From the NCBI GenBank assembly GCA_964016885.1, contig OZ024740.1:400210001-400274000 (forward strand): a DNA stretch of 64,000 bases. Direction: 5' to 3'. This DNA comes from Eledone cirrhosa. Its lineage: Eukaryota. Positions 27,206 through 40,406 of this stretch are shown one piece after another. The notes under the pieces are model-generated. The model made no database searches. It saw only the letters and a list, made by a program, of their open reading frames with translations, and was not told where the DNA came from. Within the stretch, counting starts at the first letter, position 1. Every line of letters starts with the position of its first letter. Made by a program: the position numbers and the translations under genes.

Positions 27206-27602
27206 TGTATGGATGAAATATACAATAATAGATATAAGATATATATAAGACCTGTACAAAAGAAAATATTGAATAATAATACTAATAACAATAAGTATAC
27301 ATATGATGAGGTAACTGATAATGATCAAAATAATGATGATAACAACGACGAAAACGACGACGCCGATTAAGACGACGATAACGACGATGACGCCGATGTT
27401 GATGATGATAATGATGATATTAGTGTTGTTGATCATGCTGAAGATTATGGCGATGAAACAATTCTGACAACGATTAATATAGAATTAACAAAATACAAAA
27501 CAAACAAAACAATGATTAACAATCATAAGACTTCCACAGAGAAAAAAAAAACAACAATCCTGATGATGATGATCACGACAACGATGATGATGATAATGAC
27601 GC

Positions 27603-27635
<33 letters not shown>

Positions 27636-27932
27636 TTTCTTTATTGGCCACAAGGGCTGACATCAAGAAAAACATTACAGACGGCACAGGACGGTACAGG
27701 ACGGTACGATGTGGGTTTTGTGCGTGTAAATATTTTTATTATTTATATAAGAAAAGAAAAAAAAAGGACATAGAAACATATATATATATAAACAATACAA
27801 ATGAAAATTTAAACAATGAAAAATTCCCCAATATGAGGGGAAACCTCCGAGGGTTACTCGTGGCGAAAACCACACAAAAGACCACGGCCACCCTGACCAC
27901 CAGGGCAAGCGCCCTCTCAATTTTTCCATCTC

Positions 27933-30900
27933 TCAAACTACAGACGTATATTCAGTGGTCCCGTTCACTCGGACCATTCTCGCTACATTCACCCACCTTT
28001 CAACAAACTTGCTAGAAGGCAGCACTTGCCTCTCCACCCTGATTTTCCTCTTCAAGTGAAACTTGAAAAAGTTAATTAGGGATTCACCGAAGAGGAAAGT
28101 GTTTGTCTTTAACCCTTTTAACCTTGTCCACCACACAATCTCTTTCGCCATGGCCACCAGGCAGTTGAAAACCGTCTGCCCTTCCTCCTCGAAGGAAGAC
28201 GGCGAGACCATCTGCCCAATGGACTCAGTCGACAAACGGATCAGTCCCACACGCGACAGCAACTGTTCGACATAGCTCCACAAGTCAGCAATGCTCGGGC
28301 ACTGAACGAGTGCGTGCACGACGGTTTCGTCGCTCTGCGCGCATCTCGGACAGGCTCGGCTGACGGCACTTCCGTGCCTGTAGAGCTTATCTCGAACCGG
28401 CAGCGCTCCCCGGTAGCACTGCCAGGCCAGGGATTTTGGGAAGTTATCCATAGGCCCCGGGCTGAAAGTTCTCCGGAAGAGAGCAAACAGCTGATCTTCT
28501 TCGACGCACAGGATCTCTTCGAGAATGTCGTCGCTCTTCCCCACGACTAGTCCTCTATAGAACGCCGAGGTGGATGTTCCACCGATACTGGTGCCCAGCT
28601 GGGAGAGGGCAGTGAGCGCCTGGAGACATTCCAGTTTCCAAGCGCTATCCCTCGGTCTTTTTCTGACCCAGGACTGCAGCTCCGTCAAGGAGACGAGCTG
28701 TGGAAAAACGTGCCTGGCGAACGGCGACCATACCTGTTCACCATCAAGGAAGCACCAGAGATGTCGCAGCCTTAGCGCATGTTTGCGCATCATCAGCCAT
28801 GGCATGCCCAGTCCTCCACGCAACGGGTGTTGACAGCAGATGGATCGTCTGACCATGGGAGCGCGTCCCTTCCACAAAAAGCGGAAGAGGAGGCGCTCTA
28901 TTTTGGTTAGAGTTGGGCTGGAGCAAGGGACGACGGTGAGGTGGTAGCAGATGACGGATGCGATGTACGCATTCGCCACCTCCGCCCGGCCTTTCAGGGA
29001 CAGCTTCCTCTCAGCCCATTTCTGGGTGAGGGAGTCCACCCTGCTCGTCACCTCGTTCCAGTTTTTCTCCATCTGGAGGTCCGGTCCGAACCAAACCCCG
29101 AGCAATTTAACCGGTCCGTCCGTCCAACGCCCCACGACGCTGTCGGACGGCATGGACTTGCCTCTCCAGGTGCCGAGCTGCAAACCCACCAACTTTTCCA
29201 GGTTTATCTTTGCTCCTGTCACAGCTTCGTATTCTTTGAGAGCGGTGCTGAGCATCTGGACGTGTCTGGTGCTCGACACCACCACGGTGAAGTCGTCAGC
29301 GTAAGCCGACTCGGATTTCCCGCATCCTAGTTCACGTGGGACGCCCCTCATCGTCCCCAGTTTGTGCAGTAACGGCTCGAGAGCCAATACGTACAAGAGG
29401 GACGAGAGGAGACAACCCTGGTGGACTGAGCGCATGATGCTGAACGGCTGCGATATGTGACCGTTCACTCTCACAACTGAGCAGATATCGCTGTACATTG
29501 CTGCGATCCAACCCCTGAATACAGGCCCGAAACCGGCTGCCTCGAGGACCGCCGCCAGGTACCGATGGTCGACCCTATCGAATGCTTTGGATTGATCCAA
29601 GTTGATCAGGGCCCCACCCTTGCCAGGTTCCTTAACCACCCTCTCTATGATGTATCGCATGAGGTGGAGGTTGTCGTGTATGGATCTGTCCGGAATGGCG
29701 CATCTCTGCGCCTCTCCCACCAGACCCTTGACGACAAGCTCCAACCTCGTTGCTAACACCTTGGCCAAAATCTTGAACTCTGCGTTTAGCAGGGTTATGG
29801 GCCTGAAATTATCAATAACATCCCCCCTTGTTCGGGTCTTTTCTCAGCAGCGCCACTGCTCCCCGGCTCACAAAACTGGGAATGCTCCAGTTCTGCTGCC
29901 AGTTACAGTAGACGTCTGCCAAGAGGTCACCGAAAAGGTCTGGCATAAATGCATAAAGCTCGTAGGGCAGACCATCCAAACCTGGCGATTTACCCCTTGT
30001 GCAGTTAACCATCGCTTCCCGTATTTCACCGGCTGTTATTGGCTTTTCGCAACACTGTGTTGCGGTCGTCGAGAGCCGAGGCAGTCCGTCGAGGTATGCA
30101 CTGAAGTCCATGCCCCGATCCGGGCCGCCGCCGCTCCCGAACAGTTCAGCAAAGTGCTGCTGAAAAGCTTCACACATCCGCTCGGGTTCGAGCATCACGC
30201 ACTCGTTTTGGTCAGACAAAGACCGAATTGTGGCTTTGTTGCCACGTCGCGCCTCTGCCACCCGGGCCCATTGGACGGCTCTTGTCCCCTCGTGTTTCAG
30301 AGCAGGCGCTCTAGCTCTGACAACGCAGCCTTCGTGTTTTGCGTTGAAGAATTGGTCGAGTGCCAATCTCGCTGCAAGCACGTCGGTTGCGATGCCTGTC
30401 CTAAACGCCTCTTCTAGCTTTCTGACTAGCTCTCCCTCTACTCTATTTTCCTTTATCATTACTCCTTTGCTAAACCTAATTGACGGGAGCAATCGTCAAC
30501 ACCTGTTGTTGACGATTGCTCCCGTCAACACCCGCTTAACTAATACGCTAATCCGGTCTCTGTAGGCTTTGCGCGCCGGGAAAGACCCGTTCAGCTTCCA
30601 GTAACCAGGCTCTTGTCTATGAAGTCTGTCTATGTCGATCTCACAGTTCACAAATTTGTGGTCTGTGTAGTCGACTATTTTAATTTGTGGACGACTTATA
30701 CTAGCCTTATCTAGTTCTCTGCAGAATACCCTATCGAGATACGAACTGGATGACCCGACGCAGTTTGTCCATGTCTACATTGGCACATTCGGGTGATCCA
30801 GTCGATACCTGTCAGATAATTCAAAACGTCTGAGCAGCTTGGTCAGGCTCTTGCACCCTCCTCCCTATCCACTAGCCCCACACGATCCATGCGTGCATCC

Positions 30901-31304
30901 AAGATACCGTTCCAGTCGCCCACTAACACTAAAGTGCAGGTCGTTCCAAGAAAGGTCTCTACGCCTGTTGGGGCGTAGACGGCTACTAGCCTGAAAGCAT
31001 TGCCTTCGCTGCCGGTCACGTCCAGCACCACCGACTTACCTTCTGGGTCTAGGAAGATGGCCCGTATCGCGAGGTCCAAGCCTCTCCGAAAAAGGACGCC
31101 CCCCCCCGATCCTGGACGGCTGGGAGATGCGTATACATCGTAGCCGCCGAAGATCGGTGCGAAAGCTTGTGCTTCGGAGATTCTGGTTTCACTGATGGCC
31201 ACCACATCTATGTTTAGTGACCTGAGGTCGTTGAGCAGGTGACCCTGCTTCCAAGATGACCCCAGGCCACGTGCATTTATACTTCCTATTCTGAGTACGG
31301 CCAT
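27933..31304 (-). pseudogene. Tx1-like ORF2: apurinic-type endonuclease, reverse transcriptase, C-terminal Cys/His finger; frameshifted
   Basis: SINARGL..SETR, VYAP, GDWN (APE); KSPGLDGLPYE, LDQSKAFDRVDH, QGCLLS, AYADD (RT); CPRC..DETVVHALVQC; split into ORFs 30843-31340, 29812-30492, 27933-29768. Confidence 0.9.
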
Positions 31305-31336
31305 GTTGGATGAGAAACGGGGCAAGTGAGAAAGGG

Positions 31337-33064
31337 TCACTTACCTTGTTCGTGTGGTGAAGGGACAGTAGAACCGTCCCTTTCGCTGGTCATGGGTGTT
31401 TCCAAGAGGATGTCAGTGTATATCCTTTTGGTAACCGACCCTCCAAAGTCTCCAACTGCGTTGGGGAATTTTTGTTTTAAAGGTTTGCTATGTTCTATTG
31501 AGATTTTGATGATGCTTATGTTTGTCGGGAGAGTTCTTGGTGTTGGTGGGGTGTAGTAGTTTTTTTTCTGTCATGTCTGTGTGCTGCTTTATATATTGTA
31601 TGAGTTCTTTTTTTGCCATGTTTATGGCTGTGTAATTTTTGAGGGGAGGGGTGATTTTGTTGCTGTTTTCTTCCTGTTGCTGTTTGTTGTGTGTGTCTTG
31701 TTGTGTTTGCGTTGTTGGTGTTTTTGGTGATGCTGGTGGTGGTGTGGTTGTTGTTGTCAGTGGTGCTTGTGGTGGTGATGGTGGTGGTGTTGCTGCAAGT
31801 TTCCTTGCTGCCTTTACCCCTCTTTGTATGCCTTCGCTTTTGGAGGGTGATCTTTTTTGTTTTTTGTGGCAGACCGTTTGCCACTTCACTCCCGCCTCAA
31901 ACTCCATGTCGGATTCTGTGGCGTCTGGGAGGGTTATGTGCTCCACGTCTGTTGGTGGTGGTAGTGGAGCCCTCTTCGGCAATTTTGTTGCTGGTGTAGC
32001 TACTTTAAATGTAGCTATTGGTGTTGCCGCCACTGATGATGCTGCTTTAGTTGTCCGTGGCCTTGGTACGGGTGCTACGGACATTGCCCTCCTACTCACC
32101 GTGGAAGGGGCTTCTTCGTTTGTTGCCTGCCCTGCTCTTGGTAGCAGCGGACCAGGTATTGCAAGGAGAGGGGCCTTCTTCGCTGTCTTCTGCGGGCAAA
32201 AGGCCCTGAGGTGACCCTTCGACCCACAGAGATAACATTTTGGCCGTCTTCCTTCTATACTTATAGGGAGTTGGAGTCCTTCCTCGATGTCTATGATATC
32301 GGGGATAGCGTCGATACATTCCTGGTCAGTTTGTATAAGCATTTGCATGCCTATACCTGACCAGTTCTCTCTCCATATTTTTTCTACTTGCAGCATGGTC
32401 GCCCTGTTCTCAATTCCAGCAAGGACAGACGCGGCCAGCCAAGGTATGGGCACGTCGGGGGGGGGGGGGGGGGGTCACTTTGACCCTCACAATTTTCTGC
32501 CCGCAGTAGGAGTAGGAGGGCACCAAGACTATCTCCTAACTCTTTAGGGTTTCCAAAGACTGAGACTTTGCTTCCGTGGCGGGGGGAGGGGGGGGGGGGG
32601 GGGGGGGGTTAGCGAAGAGTACGTCTACTGTGGCGTACTTTCTGCCTCGGGTGATGTGGCTTTTGCGTGCCCAGACGCACCCCAAGGCCTTTTGGATTTT
32701 AGCCTCCGTGGCTCTCTCCACTCGATGTGAGATTTTGCTTACGGTGCGGTAAGTCACCGTCCGTAGCTGCTGGTCCTTGAAAAAATCGGGTGGAGGTTTC
32801 AGGGAAACTCTATTTGCGCATCTTGTCACCATGGCCCTTGCGACTGCCATCTCCTCCTCTGTGACTAACACTGTCTCGATATTTCGGGCGACACCTGCAA
32901 AAGAAGTGGTCTCTTTTTCAGCAGCACCACTATTGCTGCCGCTACTGGTCTTACTGGTGGTGCTGAGGTCGCTATTACAGGTATCGGTATCATTGTTGTT
33001 GTTTTCGTTGGTACAGTTGTTGGTGTTGTTTTCGTTGATACTGTTGCTGTTGTTACTGTTATTG

Positions 33065-33066
<2 letters not shown>
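31337..33066 (-). pseudogene. Tx1-like ORF1 (gag-like nucleic-acid-binding protein), frameshifted at homopolymers
   Basis: SFAGVA motif, EGRRPKCYLCGSKGHLRAFC CCHC knuckle, Pro/Thr-rich tail. Confidence 0.8.
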
Positions 33067-33121
<55 letters not shown>

Positions 33122-33123
<2 letters not shown>

Positions 33124-33613
33124 TTTCATTTATTAGCCACAAGGGCCGACATGTAGGGGACAATACAAAGACAGGGACAGTGGGGGTTTACAATAAGGTC
33201 GAGTAAAAGTGCACAATGGAAAGACTAATATAACAAAATAAATTCCCCGATAGGGGTGGACGACCCTGGGGTGATTCGGGTACCCCACCAATCCTGAACC
33301 ACCCTGAGCTTCTAGGGCACCCAGGAGAGCACCCCTCTCCTCAAGTTAGCCAGCCTATAGGCGCATGGTCAGAGTAGGCCCATTCACACGAGCCATTCTC
33401 GCCACATTCACCCACCTTTTAGCAAATGTACTGGGGGGGGGGGGGCAGCACTTCTCTCTCCACTCTCACCCTCCTTTCCAGGTGAAACTTGAAGAAGTTG
33501 ATGAGGGATTGGCTGAAGAGAAAAGTGTCTGTCTTTAGTCCTTTCAACCTGGTCCACCATATAATCTCTTTCGCAACTGCCACCAGACAGAGGAAAATTT
33601 CCTGCTCTTCTTC
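33122..33613 (-). mobile_element. 5'-truncated Tx1-like LINE, subfamily B
   Basis: Homologous to 16817-17260 and to the ORF2 end at 27933-28190; (TAA)n on both sides. Confidence 0.85.
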
Positions 33614-33627
33614 TAATAATAATAATA

Positions 33628-33811
33628 ATAATTGTTTCTACTTTAGGCACAAGGCCAGCAATTATCCAGTGCATTACTGGTACTTTATTTTATCGACCCC
33701 GTAAGGATGAAAGGCAAAGTCAACCTCGGCGGGATTTGAACTCAGATCGTAAAGGGACGTAACTATGCTGGAAAGCATGGCGTCCGACCCTCTACCGATA
33801 CTGCCAATCCA
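33628..33811 (-). mobile_element. Near full-length SINE
   Basis: Family motifs; (TAA)n on both sides. Confidence 0.85.
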
Positions 33812-33832
33812 CAATAATAATAATAATAATAA

Positions 33833-35490
33833 TGAACAATTGCAAGGGCTATTATCCACTGTGAAGCAGTTCAGTGATGACATTAAAATGGAGTTTGGAC
33901 TGGATAAATGCGCCAAAGCAACGTTCACCAGAGGAAAGCTGCTGAAGAGTTCAGACATTAATCTTGATCGGGGGAACGTGATAAGAGAGCTTGATCAAGA
34001 ACAAACTTACAAATATCTAGGTGTTTGTGAAGGAGACGGAATCAAGCACTCGACAATGAGGGAAAGGATAAGGAAGGAATGTTACCGCAGAGTCAGAGCA
34101 ATCTTAAGAACGGAATTGAATGCAAGGAATAGGATCGATGCCATAAACACGCTTGCCATACCAGTAGTAACCTACAGTTACAATGTCATCAACTGGTCAA
34201 GCACAGAGATCCGTAGGCTCGATACAAAAATCCGAAAATTCTTAACCATGCACAGAATGCATCACCCTAAGGCAGACATAGATAGAATATATCTCCCTAG
34301 GAAAGAAGGAGGACGTGGGTTAATCCAGTTAGACATTGCGTTGAAAACTGCAACAATTGGATTATCCACATATCTAAGGGAATCACATGATTGGATGATC
34401 AAACTCGTTTTGAAACACGAAAGCACCAAAAGATCATATTCCATTACAAAAGATGCACAAAGATACAGTAATGGACTACAAATTTCAGAAGTCCCATTTA
34501 CTGCTGAAATGGAAATCACAGAAAAAGCAAAGCAGGTAAAAGTAACTGCAAAGAAAGAACTGCTACAGAAACTGGCTAAGAAATGGCAAGAAAAGCCTCT
34601 GTATGGAAAATACCCAGAGCGAGCTAACAATCCTGATGTTGACAAAACTTTAACCCATCAGTGGTTGGCATCCTCTGGACTGAAATCGGAGACTGAAGGA
34701 CTGATTATATCCGCACAAGATCAGTGTCTGCCAACAAAAAATTACCTAGCCAACATAATAAAAAATGGGTGCAGCCCATTATGCCGTGTATGCAAAAAAC
34801 AACCAGAGACCATTGACCATATAATTTCAATGTGCAGTCCTATAGCTCCAACCGAATACCTAAACAGGCATGACAGAGCTGCACAATACATACATTGGAT
34901 AATGTGTAAGCATTTTGACCTGCCCCATCAAAAGAATTGGTGGGAGCATCAACCACCTCCCATACTTGAAAAAGATCACATCTCAATCTTGTGGAACTTT
35001 AGCATCCAAACAGACCGAAAAATAGATGCAAATAGACCTGATATAATATTGAAGGACTTTCAAAGGAGGGTATGCCTGCTAATTGATATGTCTGTTCCAA
35101 TAGACAAGAATGTATCTATAAAAACATTTGAAAAATTGAGCAAGTATAAGGACCTGGAGATAGAAATTGGAAAAATGTGGAAATTGAGAACTAAAACAAT
35201 ACCAGTGGTTGTAGGCGCTCTGGGAATGATACCTAAGGGGTCTAACGACTACTTATCGCAAATCCCAGGAAACCCGCGTATAGGAGAAATACAAAAGATA
35301 GTACTAATGGGAACTGCCCATATACTAAGGAAGATCCTGTCAATATAAGTACATCACAAGTCTAAACACTAAGGATGCATGTGTGAATATGTGTGTTCTT
35401 TCTTGAACATGGCGGACCTTGTTGTCTCTTGAGGTCACTGGTTGTGACTTGGTGATAACTCGTATAAACATAAAGCAAGATAAATGCAAA
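33833..35490 (+). mobile_element. 5'-truncated R4/Dong-clade LINE with an uninterrupted RT-C/zinc finger/REL reading frame (stop at 35348)
   Basis: MEFGLDKC, YKYLG, RLYLPR-like RIYLPRKEGGRGL, CRVC..ETIDHIISMC, RHD, NRPDII..LIDMSVP..EKLSKY, VVVGALG; (TAA)n tail. Confidence 0.9.
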
Positions 35491-35515
35491 TAATAATAAT
35501 AATAATAATAATAAT

Positions 35516-35748
35516 GTTTTCTTTATTAACCACAAGGGTTTACATAAAGTAGACATTAAGGACAGTGCAGGACAATACAGGACGGTACAAATGGGCATTT
35601 CTGCGTGTAAAAAACAAAAACAGAGGATGTAACAAAAAATAACAATGAAACATTCCACAATAGGGGGGAGACTTCGGAGGGACATTTGTGGAGAATGCCC
35701 AGTAAAAGGCCACAGTGACCCTGACCACCAAGGCAAGTGCCCTCTCCC

Positions 35749-35750
<2 letters not shown>
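35516..35750 (-). mobile_element. Tx1-like 3'UTR-only fragment (subfamily A-like)
   Basis: Similar to 27634-27920 (CAGGACGGTACA, CCCTGACCACCA.GGCAAG.GCCCTCTC). Confidence 0.75.
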
Positions 35751-35779
<29 letters not shown>

Positions 35780-38596
35780 TAAAGAAACAAAAGCTAAGGT
35801 AAACAAAGTCATCCCATACCTTGAGGCGAGGAGCCATCACCAGTGCAACAATATCCTCAAAGCAACAGCAAATGCGGTGAGGAAATTACTTGGCGAGAGG
35901 AAACAACAAACAAGAAAGATCAGGACCTTGGTGGAAGAAACGACTGAATGGTCACATCAGGGAAATAAAAATGACATTGGAAAGCTTGAGTCCCTACTGA
36001 ATGGGACACTAAAAAACATAGACACTAAAAATAGACTGGAAATAAAGTACAAAACTAGGAGGAAAAAGCTAAATATTATCATAGAGGAACTGAAGCAACG
36101 CATTGTAGCAAGGAGTGCACACATTATGCGATACGAGAGCAGAGTCAGTCAGTATAGACAGAACAGCATATTTGACAACAACCAGAAAATGTTGTTTGGA
36201 CAACTTGAAGGGAAAGAAAGAGGCAACGACTTGATCCCTGAGGCGGAACAAACTAAGACATTCTGGAGAGGAATATGGAAGCAGGATGTTAAACATAATG
36301 ACCAGGCAGTGTGGATTGAGACAGTACAAAAGGAGATTAGTGAACAGGCGCACCAACAAACTGATTTGAGTATCACAGTTGAAACTCTTAAGGGGCAGGC
36401 CAAAAAACTAACCAACTGGAAATCACCAGGCCCAAATGGTGTGCAGGGGTATTGGATTAAAAATATAACATCCCTTCACCCGAAGCTGACCGCCATGTTC
36501 AATGACTGCTTGATGTCAGGTGAGGTACCAGAGTGGTTGACAAAAGGTACCACAGTTCTGGTAATGAAAGACCGAATCAAGGGTAATGATGTTACCAACT
36601 ATAGACCTATTACATGTCTGCCCGTAATGTGGAAACTGTTGACAAGCATTATGTCTGAGAAAATCTACCATCCCCTCCACACAAACAACTTGTTACCGGA
36701 CGAACAGAAAGGATGCCGAAAAAAGTCCCATGGTACAAAGGACCAGAGACTTATTGATAAGATGGTAATGAGGAATTGCAAAAGGAGACACACTGATCTT
36801 GCCATGGGATGGATAGACTACAAAAAGGCATTTGACATGGTGCCTCATTCTTGGATCACCAAAAGATTTGAGATCTTCAAGGTGGCAGATAACATCAGAC
36901 AGTTGTTGGGCAAAAGTATGAAGTCCTGGAAAACAGAGTTAACATCAGTTGGAGAATCCTGGGAGGCGTGAAGATCAAGAGAGGTATCTTCCAGGGAGAT
37001 AGTCTGTCCCCTCTGTTGTTTGTCCTTGCCCTGATGTCCCTGACCATTATACTGCGAAAAGTGAGAGCAGGATACAAGTTGAGAAAGGGAGAGCTTACCA
37101 TCAATCACCTCCTCTTCATGGACGATCTTAAGCTCTTCGGGAAGAGTGAGAAGGAGTTGGATGTGCTCGTTGACACTGTCCGTATTTTCAGCAATGATAT
37201 ATGTATGCAATTTGGTATTAGTAAGTGTGGAGTCCTTGTGATAAAGAAGGGGTAAATTGAGCAGAAGCAACGGAATCCAGGTACCAACAGGTGAGATCAT
37301 AAAGGAAATTGACACTGAAGAAGGATACAAGTATTTGGGTGTTCTGGAGGCTGATGACATCAAGAACAAAAAAATGAAGGAATTGATAAGATCTGAATAC
37401 ATTCGGAGAGTAAGGAGCGTATTAAAGTCACATCTGAACAGTAGGAATGCCATAAGTGCAGTAAATTCCCGAGCTGTGTCTATTATTAGGTACAGTGCGG
37501 GAATACTGAGATGGAATGTTGCTGAACAAAAAGAAATGGATAGGAAGACTAGGAAGCTATTGACTATCTACAACATGTTCCACAAGAGGAGTGATGTCGA
37601 TAGACTCTACTTAAAGAGATCTGAAGGTGGAAGAGGTCTTATCAGCATAGAGGACTGTGTTCAGAGGGAGAAAAACAACCTACACAAATACGTGACTGAT
37701 AGTAAGGAGCCAATGCTCAGAATTGAAGGAGAGGACAATAGACCAGGGGATGTCCAAAGAGGAAATAACAACAAGGAGAAAGAGCAGCCTTCATGAAAAA
37801 TCCCTTCATAGTACCTTCTTTGAGAAAACTGAATTCAGAGATCCACAGACATGGAACTGGTTGAAAAGAGGAGACCTTAAAAAGGCTACAGAAGGAATGT
37901 TAATGGCTGCGCAAGAGCAGGCCCTCAAAACGAAGTGGTTGAAACACCATATTTACAAGGAGGAGGCTAGCCCACTGTGTAGGATCTGTGGAGAGAGAGA
38001 GGAGACTGTGGCTCACATTGTATCCGAGTGTAAACACCTAGCCCAGACTTACTATAAAGGCTGGAGACATGATGTGATGGGCAGGATGATCCACTGGCAC
38101 CTATGAAAAGTAAACAATTTACCATATTCGGAGAAGTGGTATGAGCATAAGCTAGAGTCGGTGATGGAAAACGATCAGGTGAAGGTGCTGTGGGATTTTA
38201 GGATACAGACGGACAAGAAACTGGAACACAATAGAGGAAAAAAGATCGTGCCTTATTGTGGATGTGGCCTGCCCATTCGACACGAGAGTGCAAGAGAAGG
38301 AGAGGGAGAAAATTAACCGATACCAGGACTTAAAGTGGGAGGTAAAAAGGATTTGGAACTGCCATGAAGTCAAAGTGGTCGCGATTGTCAGAGGCGCACT
38401 AGGTACTATCTCAAAGAGTTTCCCGGGATGGTTAAAGAAAATTGGCCCCGTCACGCTTTTTGTAACGCTTCAAAAGGCATGCTTGCTGGGAACAGCAAGA
38501 ACCCTTCGATACGTCCTGAATATCTGAGGCTGCAGGTAGTGGCTTGATATTCATTTCAACAAACTTTCCAGTTAAATAACATCAATGACTGAGACT
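35780..38596 (+). mobile_element. Second R4/Dong-clade LINE (different family), 5'-truncated, several frameshifts
   Basis: NWKSPGPNG, NYRPITCL, WIDYKKAFDMVPH, GIFQGDSLSPL, FMDD, YKYLG, CRICGEREETVAHIVSEC, RHD, DVACP..EKINRY; (TAA)-rich tail. Confidence 0.9.
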
Positions 38597-39072
38597 AAAA
38601 AAACAATAATAATAATAAGAATAATAAGAATAGTAATAATAATAATAATAATAAGAATAAAAATAAGAACACGAATAAGAAAAATAAGAATATATGATTT
38701 CTTAATACGTGAAATTAGCAATGTGGTCCCTTAGGAAGGATGTTAGGTATATCTTGTGTTCGTTCTTTGTGTTTTAGCCATTAAAGCAACCAATTGCCTG
38801 CCGGAGGTGTTTCCCTGTCTAGCAAACCCACAAACTCTAATATACAAAGAAACATGTAAAAAAAACCTCTGTAAATAAAATCAATATATACATACTTATA
38901 TACACATCATAGACACACAGAGACAAACACGCAGACACACTCACATCCACCCCACACTCACCCACATACACACATATATATATATATAAATATAGGTTAT
39001 ATATACATATATAAATATATGTAAAATGTATGTATATATATATAAATATAAGTAATATGTATTATACATATG

Positions 39073-39149
<77 letters not shown>

Positions 39150-39151
39150 TA

Positions 39152-39201
<50 letters not shown>

Positions 39202-39666
39202 TAGATACAGGCATTGTTATTGCTGCTTGGTGTTTGGTTAATTGTTAACATTTTCTTTTCCTTTTTACAATTGATGTTGTAAGTTATGTTGATATTTTTC
39301 TGACGCAGAAAGAAATAATGGGAATGTCTAAACAATAATTATAATGTGTAATCTGCGATGTTCTACGTTACTTATTAAATTTGCTTCAATATATATGTGT
39401 TTTTACCTTCCTTTAATTTAGCTTTTTACGTGTCTTCTTAAAACATTGATGACAGGGAAAGGATGAAATAGTGCAAACTTCAGGAGTAATTTGACTTTGC
39501 TTTAAGCGACCAATAAGAAGGAAATTATTATACAATCATTGTATGTTTAGAACTAAGAATTTAGTTGCTGATACATCGCAACTGGATTAAATATTAAAGG
39601 TATAATGCCCGTGTGCATAAACATAGGCTCACACGCACATATATATACCTATTTCTCTCTCTCCCG

Positions 39667-39804
<138 letters not shown>

Positions 39805-39817
39805 ATATATATATATA

Positions 39818-39941
39818 TATTGGGTCGTCAAGTATGAAATTTGTAGAAACTGGTTGTTTTTTTTCATACAAATTTCTACAAATTTCATACTTGACGACCC
39901 AATATTTACACATATCTATATCTACAGTATATCTATATATC

Positions 39942-39981
<40 letters not shown>

Positions 39982-40098
39982 TAGATAGATATAGATATAG
40001 ATATGTATAAATATTGGGTCGTCAAGTATGAAATTTGTAGAAATTGTATGAAAAAAAAACAACCAATTTCTACAAATTTCATACTTGACGACCCAATA
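39818..40098. repeat. Pair of 87-bp foldback elements in mutually inverted orientation
   Basis: TATTGGGTCGTCAAGTATGAAATTTGTAGAAA and its reverse complement bound each copy (39818-39904, 40012-40098); the loops are reverse complements of each other. Confidence 0.85.
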
Positions 40099-40108
40099 TA
40101 TATATATA

Positions 40109-40400
40109 CTAGCATTAAAGCCCAGCGTTGCTCGGGGTCAGTAAGTTACCAAAGTTAGGTTGCACCACCCATTTTATGGCACCACTTTTTTGTCTGCCAG
40201 GCACTGGGTGAATGAATTGCTGACCTGGACTGCCGAAGCAGGAGCTGCGCCAGCAGTGACAATTGTAGTTTCGCCTATGGATTTTATCTCTGTGCAAAGA
40301 AGTGTTGAAATTTATTGTTTCACAGTACTTGCGCAACACGCGCGTAGACGATGCCAGCCGAACAACAGAGCTGCGATGGAATTGTTCTGCATGGTTGTCT
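40109..40400 (-). mobile_element. Helitron 3' end (5' boundary uncertain)
   Basis: CTAGCATTAAAGCCCAGCGTTGCTCGGGGTC is the reverse complement of the 60521-60551 terminus. Confidence 0.65.
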
Positions 40401-40406
40401 AATGTG

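Larger units (their letters stand above)
27634..33066 (-). mobile_element. Near full-length Tx1/L1-clade LINE (ORF1 + APE-RT ORF2), flanked by (TAA)n tracts
   Basis: Two-ORF layout, AATAAA near the 3' end and an (ATT)n tail; GC-richer than flanks. Confidence 0.9.

Noticed and set aside
33765-33832. Apparent N-terminus of the 527-aa ORF (likewise 35715-35779 and 52946-52993)
   Set aside because: Derived from antisense SINE, Tx1 UTR or the inverted arm plus (TAA)n; chance fusion to truncated elements
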